The translations under genes were made by a program, and so were the position numbers. From positions 837,329 to 869,328 of the forward strand of contig CAZKBG010000001.1 in the NCBI GenBank assembly GCA_964551375.1: a stretch of 32,000 nucleotides of DNA. The letters are read 5' to 3'. This stretch comes from an uncultured archaeon (GTDB taxonomy: Archaea > Iainarchaeota > Iainarchaeia > Iainarchaeales > JAAZKV01). Under the pieces are notes generated by a model. The model worked only from the letters and a program-made list of their open reading frames with translations. It was not told the DNA's origin and did no database searches. How positions within the stretch are numbered: the stretch's first letter is position 1; every line of letters starts with the position of its first letter. Positions 15,628 through 23,896 of the stretch are shown here, piece by piece.

Positions 15628-17514
15628 TTATTTATATTTTGAAAAAATGTTATTGTCTTTGGATAAAAGTCTGGTTGTTTCTGTCCTTACTTCAGCTTTT
15701 AGTTTAAATAGCTTTTTCATGTCCTTACTTATATTTGCAATAGTTTCTTTACTCGGGAGCAAAACAAGTATTTTGCCCAAATCCTCTTCAAGTACTGATG
15801 GGATAGCGGCTCCAATTCTGTATTTTAGCATTTGATTCAAAAATAAATCGGATTTCAAATAGTATAGTAAAAAATAAGGGTCTATTTTAGTTGATTTTAA
15901 AACTCTAAACCCATTTGTGCAAATTGCCCCTGAAAATTCGTTAGTTACAATTGCCGTTGCATGATTTTGTGTGCCGGTTGATACTCCTGCAACTTCAGTT
16001 ATTATTTCATCAGGTTCGAGTTCATATGAGGCACGACTTGGTGCGTCAGCAACTTTGATATTAGTTGCAGAACTTATTTCAGACCCTTCGGAATTTATGT
16101 CAGTAATTTCAACGTAGCGTATTGTGGCCTCGTTGTCTTTAAGTTTTGTTGACTTTTTGGATTTTATTTCAACAAGTTCATTAAGCGGAACAGCTTTTTT
16201 TGATTTTAAATATGAAATTATTTCTTCAAAACGAGGCATGTAAAACTCTGCATCAAGGCGATCTTCAAGTTCACTAAAGTTTTTCAAATAGTACTTATCG
16301 GTGAATTTAAATGAGTCTCCATTTTCAAATTTCTTAAAATGGTTTGTGATTATAGTCATATCTTCATCTAATATTTGAGTCCCGTCTTTGTCAGTTTTGT
16401 ATTTTGGGGTGGCATTTTTATCCCCATAATATCCGACATTTTTAATGATTCCAAAAAAAACTTTGTAGTCTTTACTTTCTTTTTTAGAGTTACTTTTCTG
16501 CAAAAATAAAATTGATGTTTTTATTCCAGTCCCGTGTGGGATAAATGTTTCAGAAGGCATTGAAATAATTCCAAGCACTTTTGTTTTTTTGCGAATGAAA
16601 TCTCTGACAAATTTAGCTGTTTTATTCTCGAGAATTCCATCTGGCAAAACGATTGCAAGTCGCCCACCATCTTTTAGCAAGTTAATGCATCTTTCAATAA
16701 ATAATATTTCTGGGGGTTGTGCTTTATTAAGTGATGAATCATTTTTTGATTGGGCTAATTCAAAGTTCTTTAAATATGTGGGATCTTCAATTTTACCTTG
16801 AATTCCAAACGGTGGATTTGTTAAAACTAAATCATATTCATTTGGGGCTTTGTTTGATGTGAAAAGGGCATTAATATTTTCCAAGCTGTCTCCCAAAATA
16901 ATTTTTGAATTACCATCGCCCTCGAGTACCATTCTAATTTTTGCTAATTTTATTATTGAAGGGCTTATTTCAATTCCGGTGATATTATTTGCTAGCTTAC
17001 TGAATTCTTTGCCTTCTATTTTTTTCATATATCTTAAACTTTGTATTAAAAATCCGCCCGTGCCACAAGCAGGGTCAATTAATTTGAATGAACTTTTTGG
17101 ATTTATGCAATTAACAACTAAATCTATTATTGGGTCAGGGGTTAGAAACTGGCCACGGTCCCCTCGTTGTGTTGAAAAAATAAATTTTTGAAAAGCAATT
17201 CCTTTAACATCATCATCAATTGAACTTAAATTTATGTTGGCAAGTTCTTTCAAAGCATAGGCTAATGTTTTTTCTTTTAGCTTGATTTTATCATTTGACT
17301 CAAATAAAGTTGGATAATCGGAAAGTATGGTTTCAAAAACTTTGTTGGCAGTTGATTCGTTTATTTGTTTGGAGTTTTTATCAGAATAAATTTTAACAAA
17401 GAGAATTTTTGTAAATTCATTTAACGCTTCTTGAGGGGAAAGTCCATCATTGGCATAAATGTGGTTGTGAATTTTGCCAAAAAGTTTAAACAATGTGTTT
17501 GCATCAAAAGACAT
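15628..17514 (-). CDS. N6-adenine DNA methyltransferase (gamma class, HsdM-like) fused to a single HsdS-type target-recognition domain
   Basis: 628-aa ORF. Motif I LIDPACGTGGFL, motif IV VLTNPPFG. The C-terminal ~200 aa resembles one type I specificity TRD (PLNELVEIKSKK...IRYVEITDINSEG...). Confidence 0.9.
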   Translation of the reverse strand: MSFDANTLFKLFGKIHNHIYANDGLSPQEALNEFTKILFVKIYSDKNSKQINESTANKVFETILSDYPTLFESNDKIKLKEKTLAYALKELANINLSSIDDDVKGIAFQKFIFSTQRGDRGQFLTPDPIIDLVVNCINPKSSFKLIDPACGTGGFLIQSLRYMKKIEGKEFSKLANNITGIEISPSIIKLAKIRMVLEGDGNSKIILGDSLENINALFTSNKAPNEYDLVLTNPPFGIQGKIEDPTYLKNFELAQSKNDSSLNKAQPPEILFIERCINLLKDGGRLAIVLPDGILENKTAKFVRDFIRKKTKVLGIISMPSETFIPHGTGIKTSILFLQKSNSKKESKDYKVFFGIIKNVGYYGDKNATPKYKTDKDGTQILDEDMTIITNHFKKFENGDSFKFTDKYYLKNFSELEDRLDAEFYMPRFEEIISYLKSKKAVPLNELVEIKSKKSTKLKDNEATIRYVEITDINSEGSEISSATNIKVADAPSRASYELEPDEIITEVAGVSTGTQNHATAIVTNEFSGAICTNGFRVLKSTKIDPYFLLYYLKSDLFLNQMLKYRIGAAIPSVLEEDLGKILVLLPSKETIANISKDMKKLFKLKAEVRTETTRLLSKDNNIFSKYK

Positions 17515-17538
17515 AGTTCACATATGTGTAAAACTAAT

Positions 17539-18489
17539 TTATAAACCTTCTTCAAGTGTTTTGCCATTATCGTCGCCACGGTGATCGATCTGCATATCTT
17601 TTTCATTAATTGCATCTTTTTTGTTAACTTTTATCTTGGAAATATCTGTTACCCAAGGCGTAACGGGGGTTATTTTATCAAATGGGCTGAATAAAATGGC
17701 AACAATGTAGTTTTGTTGCAAATGATTTTTATCGGCCGAAGATGGTGCAAGTAATTTTGGATTAGCGAACAAAAAATCGTGTTTTCCGGTTCTTATAAAT
17801 AAATCAAGGCCCAATACATTAAATTCATCAATTCGTGGAGTAGCTTGTGTTCTTGCGCTTTTTTCAGACCCTCCTGAAACTAAGTGGGTTTCAATAACTC
17901 TTATTTTTGACATTACGTATGCTAAACGCTCTTCTATTAATTTGTCAAGTTCCTCAATTGGCAAAGATTTTAGTTTAGAAATTATCTTTGACTTGTTGGT
18001 AGTTCGCCCATTAGCATTGTATTTTTTAATGTCGTTGAATGTGTATAGCTCTTCGGAATATTTTGATAGAAAAAGAGGGAGTTCTTTTTTTATAAATTCT
18101 TCGATTTGCTTTTCACTTTTGAATGGAGTGATGTGGATATGTTTTGTTAAAAAGCCAATTAAATTATTGTAATTATAAAGTCGGTGCCATTTTTCTGAAT
18201 TTGACTTTACTCCTTTAGACTCAAGAACAAACCATGGCTTGTCTCCTTTGATTCTAATATAAAAGTCTCCGTGATGATTTGGGTGCTTGTCCCCTTCCCA
18301 TTTTTCTTTGATTCGTAGTAATTCAAATCCTTTTTGCATTAGCTGTCTTTTTAGTAAAATCTCTGAAATTGCGCCCGCTAAATATCCTTGAGCGTTTGGA
18401 CTCATTAGAATAGCTTGTTCAAATGTTGAAATATCTACTGCAAAAAGCCTTTTTACAAGAAGTTCAATTCGGTTTTCCTGTGTGCACAT
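17539..18489 (-). CDS. Putative restriction endonuclease (PD-(D/E)XK candidate) partner of the methyltransferase
   Basis: 316-aa ORF, co-directional and ending 24 nt upstream of the MTase start. Candidate catalytic core HHGDFYIRIKGDKPWFVLESKGVKS (D ... E-S-K). No other domain recognised. Confidence 0.6.
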   Translation of the reverse strand: MCTQENRIELLVKRLFAVDISTFEQAILMSPNAQGYLAGAISEILLKRQLMQKGFELLRIKEKWEGDKHPNHHGDFYIRIKGDKPWFVLESKGVKSNSEKWHRLYNYNNLIGFLTKHIHITPFKSEKQIEEFIKKELPLFLSKYSEELYTFNDIKKYNANGRTTNKSKIISKLKSLPIEELDKLIEERLAYVMSKIRVIETHLVSGGSEKSARTQATPRIDEFNVLGLDLFIRTGKHDFLFANPKLLAPSSADKNHLQQNYIVAILFSPFDKITPVTPWVTDISKIKVNKKDAINEKDMQIDHRGDDNGKTLEEGL

Positions 18490-18570
18490 AATATCTCAAA
18501 TAATAAAAGTCATTATTAATCTATAGCCGGTTGACTTTGACAGTAATCTACTGGCCCTCCCCCTCAACCT

Positions 18571-18580
18571 TTTTATATTA
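18571..18580 (+). promoter_or_regulatory. Candidate archaeal TATA box (TTTTATATTA) upstream of RuBisCO
   Basis: AT-rich TATA-like element 15-27 nt upstream of the candidate start codons (TTG 18595 / GTG 18607). The spacing implies a very short or absent leader. Confidence 0.4.
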
Positions 18581-18594
18581 GAAAGTCCTTTTGC

Positions 18595-19926
18595 TTGGAG
18601 TTTAAGGTGGTCTATTTGGCAGGATACGAGGATTTTGTGGATTTGGGTTATAAGCCTAATAATAAGGATGTTATTGCGAGTTTTAAGGTGAAGGTGCCTG
18701 AGTGGGAAACTCCTGAAAGGGCATTTGGAGCAGTTGCTTCTGAGAGTTCTGTAGGAACTTGGACTGATTTAGATATTTGGGCAAAATACCCTCATGTGAA
18801 GAAAGTTGCGGGGAAGGTTTACTCAATTGAACACTCGCCAAACGGATACTGGATAAAAATAGCTTACCCTGAAGACCATTTTGAGCAGGCAAATCCAAGC
18901 CAAATACTAGCATCAATTGCTGGAAACGTTTTTGGAATGAAAGCAGTGGACGGACTAAGACTACAAGACATTGAATTTACAAAAACCATGATGAAAGAAT
19001 ACAGAGGACCGCAATTTGGAATAAAAGGAGTAAGAAAAATCTTTGGAGTAGACAAAAGACCACTAATGCTATCAGTTGCTAAGCCAAAAGTTGGAATGAC
19101 TACCGCAGAACACGCGGATATTGGATACCAAATATGGACTGGCGGTTTAGATCTATTAAAAGATGATGAAAACTTAACTAACCAGAAATTTAATCCATTC
19201 AAAAAAAGAGTAACTGCTTCGCTAAAACTAAGAAACAAAGCAGAGAAAGAAACAGGAGAAAGAAAATCATACTTAATTAACGTAACCGCTCCAACAGTGC
19301 AAGAAATGATTGAAAGAGCAAGGTATGTAAAAAAAGAAGGCGGAGAATACGTAATGATTGACATCATTGCGTCAGGATGGACTGCATTAAACAGTTTAAG
19401 AGAAGAATGCGAAGATTTAGGACTTGCAATACACGCGCATAGAGCAATGCACGGCGCAATGACAAGAAACCAAGACCACGGATTCTCAATGAACTGCGTA
19501 TCAAAATTCTCAAGATTAATCGGAGTAGACCAATTACACATTGGAACTGTGTTTGGAAAACTTGTCAGCCCTAAAGAAGAAGTTTTAGAGTGCCAAAAGA
19601 ACTTAACTTTGCCAAAAGTAAAGGCTGATATGACGCACCACTACTTAAACCAAGATTGGGCAAAAATGGAGCAAGTATTCCCAGTATCAAGCGGAGGACT
19701 ACACCCTGGAATTGTGGATAAAATAATGGGACTATTAGGAACTAATATTATGCTGCAGCTTGGCGGAGGAGTGCACGGACACCCGCAAGGAAGCCACGCA
19801 GGAGCTGTTGCAATGAGAGCAGCTGTTGAAGCGGTTCTTGACAAAATTAGCGCTGAAGAAAAAGCAAAAACATGCCCAGAGCTAAAAGTAGCATTAAAAC
19901 AATGGGGACACTCAATGCCAAAATAA
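18595..19926 (+). CDS. rbcL: Ribulose-1,5-bisphosphate carboxylase/oxygenase large subunit, form III (archaeal type)
   Basis: Full-length resemblance to Thermococcus-type RbcL: AVASESSVGTWT, ILASIAGNVFGMK, GGLDLLKDDENL, LAIHAHRAMHGA, VSSGGLHPG, LQLGGGVHGHPQG. Track start is TTG 18595. In-frame GTG 18607 preceded by GGAG is an alternative start. Confidence 0.95.
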   Translation: MEFKVVYLAGYEDFVDLGYKPNNKDVIASFKVKVPEWETPERAFGAVASESSVGTWTDLDIWAKYPHVKKVAGKVYSIEHSPNGYWIKIAYPEDHFEQANPSQILASIAGNVFGMKAVDGLRLQDIEFTKTMMKEYRGPQFGIKGVRKIFGVDKRPLMLSVAKPKVGMTTAEHADIGYQIWTGGLDLLKDDENLTNQKFNPFKKRVTASLKLRNKAEKETGERKSYLINVTAPTVQEMIERARYVKKEGGEYVMIDIIASGWTALNSLREECEDLGLAIHAHRAMHGAMTRNQDHGFSMNCVSKFSRLIGVDQLHIGTVFGKLVSPKEEVLECQKNLTLPKVKADMTHHYLNQDWAKMEQVFPVSSGGLHPGIVDKIMGLLGTNIMLQLGGGVHGHPQGSHAGAVAMRAAVEAVLDKISAEEKAKTCPELKVALKQWGHSMPK

Positions 19927-19952
19927 AGGCATAAGAGAATCTAAAATTAATT

Positions 19953-19986
19953 TGCCTGCAAAAGAAGCAGGCAGACAACTTTTTTT
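19953..19986 (+). terminator. Putative terminator: hairpin TGCCTGC/GCAGGCA followed by T7
   Basis: 7-bp stem (19953-19959 / 19967-19973) 27 nt after the RuBisCO stop, then a T run at 19980-19986 and two further oligo-T tracts before the next gene. Confidence 0.45.
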
Positions 19987-20072
19987 ATATGCGAAAAAGT
20001 TTTTTACAAGCAAAAAAACTTTTTTTCTTTAAAACACAGCTTTTTTTAAACAAAAACAACACTAATTAACTT

Positions 20073-20660
20073 ATGAGAGTATCACAAAGAGCAAGAGAAC
20101 TCAAAAGAGCAGCTGCGTTTAAGCCAAAGCGAAAACTAAAAGTAAAACTGATTTCGCCTGAGAATAAAGAAGCTTTGGGATTTGCAATATTTCCAAAAAC
20201 CGGGCCAAAAGTAAAATTAGGATTTATTACAAGAGGGCATAGAGAATCATATATTAAAAGAGCAGGCGTATTTTCACAAGCTTTAAGGCAATTTGAAGCT
20301 TTGGAAAGAAAAACAATCTCAGAAGTTGGATTTGTAGAATACCGAAAAGCAATAATTGGGATGATTAGAGAAGACCACAAGCACACAGGGCCTATTGGAG
20401 TAATCCCAAATATTAAGTTTTTACTTGAACTAAAAAAACCGCACTTCATTGATTATGCTAAAATATACGAATCAGTGATTGTTCTCTTAAAAAAAGGTTA
20501 TTCTCTTACTCCTCCAAGCCTTGCTTACTTAAGAGAAAAAAATCCTAAATTAAGGGCTTCAAGAAGCGAAGTAATAAAGTATTTGGAAACAAACAGAAGA
20601 AGGTTAGAAAGAGTAAAATACGAAAATAGAGCGCTATTAGTGCTCACAAAACCATTGTGA
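20073..20660 (+). CDS. Hypothetical basic protein
   Basis: 195-aa ORF, Lys/Arg-rich, no recognised motif. Confidence 0.5.
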   Translation: MRVSQRARELKRAAAFKPKRKLKVKLISPENKEALGFAIFPKTGPKVKLGFITRGHRESYIKRAGVFSQALRQFEALERKTISEVGFVEYRKAIIGMIREDHKHTGPIGVIPNIKFLLELKKPHFIDYAKIYESVIVLLKKGYSLTPPSLAYLREKNPKLRASRSEVIKYLETNRRRLERVKYENRALLVLTKPL

Positions 20661-20836
20661 ACGAAAAGTTTTAGAAAAAACCGATTTTGGCTAAATTTAG
20701 ACGTAAAAGAGGGTTTGTATAAGGCGCAAAACGAGAGGGGAAAGTTCACTAAGCTTAAGGAAAAGGTTTATTAACAAAGTAAGTATTATCTGTTATTAGG
20801 TAATTTTGCCGTAGAAGTAGTTTGAGGGTGATTTAA

Positions 20837-21199
20837 TTGAGTCTAAGCACATTGACTTTTGGAAGCATGAACAGCATTAATGCCAGTTCGCACACAAAAG
20901 GGAAAGTAAAAGTAATAAAAGCCGAAAAATTTGTCGGAATGGATGCAGTTTGCGTCATAGCAAGGCTAGTTGACGGCGCAGTTGCAAAAAAAATGAGAGT
21001 ATTAGGAAGAAACGCTACACAAATAATCAGCGTTGAATCAAAAGTAGGAGACGGATACTGCACAAAGCCAGGAGCACAAGTTGTTCTAATGATTGAAGGA
21101 ATAACAAAAGAAGAATATCCTGAAGGCGCAGAAATAAGCTTTGAAAGAGGAGCAGGCGAAGACTTGTCAAAACCAAAGGGAAGACTAATTATTGCTTAA
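20837..21199 (+). CDS. Small hypothetical protein, possibly translation-factor domain-II-like beta barrel
   Basis: 120-aa ORF. TTG start has GAGGGTG 6 nt upstream. GKVKVIKAEKFVGMDAVCVIARLVDGAVAKKMRVLG resembles an EF-Tu domain 2-type barrel. The fold call is weak. Confidence 0.45.
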   Translation: MSLSTLTFGSMNSINASSHTKGKVKVIKAEKFVGMDAVCVIARLVDGAVAKKMRVLGRNATQIISVESKVGDGYCTKPGAQVVLMIEGITKEEYPEGAEISFERGAGEDLSKPKGRLIIA

Positions 21200-21332
21200 A
21201 AAAAGATAAAAGTGCAAATTGTTCAAAACAGAGCATTTTGCGCTTTTACCCTCAAACAACTATTTTTAATGAATTCAAACTAATTTCACTAAACCAAAAA
21301 GCTTAATTAAACGCAAAAACTAATATTTCCTG

Positions 21333-21899
21333 ATGAAAAAACAAAACAAATATGCTTATAGCAGTGATTACAAAGACAAAAACAAAAACGCTTGGGTAAC
21401 TGAATACAAACACGAAAACAATTGGCTATACTTATTAGCATTCGGACTCTTAATAGTGCCAATGGTTTTAGGAAACCAATTAATTATTGGAACAATAGTA
21501 AACGCGCTCTTAATCGGGGCTGCAATCAAATTCAAAACCAAAAAAGTGCTAATCTTATCATTAATTCCAAGCATTGCGGCATTTTCAGCAGGAATATTAT
21601 TTGGAAACTTAACTCATACTGTAATTTTAATGATGCCATTTATTTGGGCAGGAAATATTTTACTAATGATGATTGTTAGAAAGCTAAATGTAGAAATTGG
21701 AAAGAATTACTTTTACACAATCCTCGCAGGAGCCACTGGGAAAACAATTTTACTATTCTCAATCGCATTTACGCTATTTGCATTTTCATTAGTTCCGGTA
21801 ATAGTGCTTACTGCATTTGGAATACTTCAATTCGCAACCGCAATAAGCGGCGGAATACTATACTTTGGCGCGGATAAGGCAGTAAAGAAGTTTGCTTAA
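21333..21899 (+). CDS. Integral membrane protein (about five TM segments), function unknown
   Basis: 188-aa ORF. Polar N-terminus followed by consecutive hydrophobic segments. Possibly a small-molecule transporter component, but no diagnostic motif. Confidence 0.6.
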   Translation: MKKQNKYAYSSDYKDKNKNAWVTEYKHENNWLYLLAFGLLIVPMVLGNQLIIGTIVNALLIGAAIKFKTKKVLILSLIPSIAAFSAGILFGNLTHTVILMMPFIWAGNILLMMIVRKLNVEIGKNYFYTILAGATGKTILLFSIAFTLFAFSLVPVIVLTAFGILQFATAISGGILYFGADKAVKKFA

Positions 21900-21963
21900 G
21901 TTATTTGATTTTTTTAGGTTTAAGTTTAAGCAAGTATTTCTGGTTAAGTTTTTGTTTAGGCAT

Positions 21964-22629
21964 TTACTTTTTATTAAAAGTATTTTTTTGCTTATCAAGC
22001 TGCGCTTTCTCATATTTCTCAACTTTCTTTTTAATTAACATAAGCGCCTTATCGCCTGGCTTTATGTGAGAATTCTTCAAAGCATCTCCAAGCGTAGAGT
22101 GAGCACCTCCGTAATTATGGCCCGGCCAGAGTTTGAGAGAGTGATTTAGAGTAAATAAATAATCAAGCGTGTCTTTTAGAGTGTCATCATCCCCGCCGTA
22201 AGCAGTTGTTCCAACGCCTTTAACAAAAATTGTATCGCCTGAAAAGATATTTTCTCCAATTACAAAGCAAACACTTTCATTAGTGTGCCCTGGAGTGTGA
22301 AGGACTTTAATTTTAAGCTGGGCGATGTCAATTTCTTCAGTTTTTCCGACTTCACCTGATTCTGGGGAGTAAGTAGGAATTCCTTTTGAAACAAAATGAT
22401 GCATTAATTCAGTATGATCTGGGTGAGCGTGAGTAAATATTTGCATTTTAACTGTTAAATCATAAGACTTAAGGGCGTGTTCGATTGCAGACAAGTCTCC
22501 AGTCGGGTCAATTAACACAGCTTCTTTTGAAGAAGGGGCTTTTGTGACAATATAAGAAAAGTTATTGTCAAAACCGCCAACATTGACTTGAATTACTCTG
22601 ACCATAGCAGTTATCCTTGTGTAAAGCAT
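21964..22629 (-). CDS. Metallo-beta-lactamase-fold hydrolase (glyoxalase II-like)
   Basis: HxHxDH motif (FTHAHPDHT), TPGHT, GDTIF, and a late His (WPGHNYG). The likely start is the internal ATG at 22605 (MVRVIQVNVGG). Confidence 0.8.
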   Translation of the reverse strand: MLYTRITAMVRVIQVNVGGFDNNFSYIVTKAPSSKEAVLIDPTGDLSAIEHALKSYDLTVKMQIFTHAHPDHTELMHHFVSKGIPTYSPESGEVGKTEEIDIAQLKIKVLHTPGHTNESVCFVIGENIFSGDTIFVKGVGTTAYGGDDDTLKDTLDYLFTLNHSLKLWPGHNYGGAHSTLGDALKNSHIKPGDKALMLIKKKVEKYEKAQLDKQKNTFNKK

Positions 22630-22781
22630 TTTTATTTTATAGTGGTTGGCCTGATTTGCATAATTTTGAGTTTAAACCAAATAGGCGTTTAATTCAAATT
22701 TAAGCCCACAAGCAACAAATAAAAACCTTCACAACACCATTTTCTTAATGAGCGGGGGCAAAGCCCTTATTTTCGAAAGAT

Positions 22782-22854
22782 GCCTCTTTCGTCCAGCGGT
22801 CTAGGATTCACCCCTGTCACGGGTGCGACCCGGGTTCAAATCCCGGAGGAGGCG
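22782..22854 (+). tRNA. tRNA-Asp: tRNA-Asp (anticodon GUC)
   Basis: Hand-folded cloverleaf. Acceptor GCCTCTT/AGGAGGC (one G-U), D stem GTCC/GGAT, anticodon stem CACCC/GGGTG with loop CTGTCAC. T arm CCGGG-TTCAAAT-CCCGG, discriminator G. 73 nt, no encoded CCA, no intron. Confidence 0.9.
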
Positions 22855-23797
22855 CTTCAACACATTTTATTGGACAAAAGCTTTGTTTTGGCAACCATTG
22901 TTTTTTTCCTTTAAAGTATATTTCTTTCCATCTTTTTAGTTGAGCTTTTTCAGAGTAGTTGTAAATGACTCCAATAGCGTCTGTTAATTTTTTTTGTTTT
23001 CTAATTATGGAAAAACAAATTTTCTTGTGAAATATTAAGGTGTCTTCAAATTTTAAAGTTTCGACTGAAAATAAGTTTTTTGTTCTTGTTAAAATTCTTC
23101 CATTAATTTTAGAATCTGATTGCCCTATTTTATGGGCAAGACGAAGAGCAGATTTTATTGTGAAAAATCTAATTAGCAAGTTTTGGGTATATTCTAATAA
23201 TTCAAAATTAGTGCTTGCTGCGATGGCAAGCCGGACTCCAAACCTATTGCTTGCTTTAATTATTGGGCAGCCTTCCGAATCAGCCAGTCCTTGAATAAAA
23301 TCGGCTGGAAATACTTCGATTAGCGGCTTTATTAAATCAAAATTAATTTTCGCCGCTCTTACAAATTCATATAGTTCTTTACTTCGGATGTTTGTGTGAA
23401 ACATATTTGGTTTGTGAAAGTGCACTGGATAGTCTGTAGTTTTGTTAAGTATTGTTGTAACGCAATGTGAAAACTTTTCCACAAATTCTTTATCAATTGC
23501 GCCTAGTTGAATGCAATAATCATAGTTGCTTTTGTGAATGCTTATGTTTCCATCTCCAAACATAACGCCCAAAAAGTAGGACATTTCTTGGCTTGGCGCT
23601 ATTTTGAAAGTATTTTTTTGAATTTTTGATAACGGATTGTTTTTCCAATAAGATAAGGTTCCAGTTGAAATAGAAATTCCTTTTTCAAGCAACGTGCGTT
23701 TTATTCTTTTAAATCCAAGTCCTTCTTTAATTAGTTGTTTTATTTGGGATTTAAGCGCTTCTTGTTCACTTCCAGCCAAGTCAGAAAACCGAGTCAT
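22817..23797 (-). CDS. Free-standing double-motif LAGLIDADG homing-endonuclease-like protein with N-terminal HTH
   Basis: 326-aa ORF. Motifs SYFLGVMFGDGNISI and ADFIQGLADSEGCPI lie about 90 aa apart, and both acidic residues are present. N-terminal KEGLGFKRIKRTLLEKGISISTGTLSYW looks HTH-like. The last 38 nt (22817-22854) are antisense to tRNA-Asp. Confidence 0.75.
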   Translation of the reverse strand: MTRFSDLAGSEQEALKSQIKQLIKEGLGFKRIKRTLLEKGISISTGTLSYWKNNPLSKIQKNTFKIAPSQEMSYFLGVMFGDGNISIHKSNYDYCIQLGAIDKEFVEKFSHCVTTILNKTTDYPVHFHKPNMFHTNIRSKELYEFVRAAKINFDLIKPLIEVFPADFIQGLADSEGCPIIKASNRFGVRLAIAASTNFELLEYTQNLLIRFFTIKSALRLAHKIGQSDSKINGRILTRTKNLFSVETLKFEDTLIFHKKICFSIIRKQKKLTDAIGVIYNYSEKAQLKRWKEIYFKGKKQWLPKQSFCPIKCVEAPPPGFEPGSHP

Positions 23798-23896
23798 GCA
23801 AGTATGGCTTGGTTTTTAGTTTAATTCATTTCTCAACTATTTTGCCGATTATGCTGACTCACACAATTTAAATATTACAATCACCCATTAGCTGTT

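Noticed and set aside
18864-19541. 225-aa minus-strand ORF
   Set aside because: Entirely antisense to the unambiguous RuBisCO gene. Low-complexity Ser/Phe/Leu-rich translation with no motif. Classic shadow ORF. The same applies to 18683-18916 and 19641-19844.
22782-23797. Idea that the LAGLIDADG gene is intron-encoded in the tRNA, or that the tRNA is an att site of an integrated element
   Set aside because: The tRNA folds as a continuous 73-nt cloverleaf with no intron, and the ORF is on the opposite strand. By eye I found no second copy of the tRNA 3' end (only a 9-nt TCAAATCCC match at ~12664) and no integrase. Integration therefore remains unsupported.
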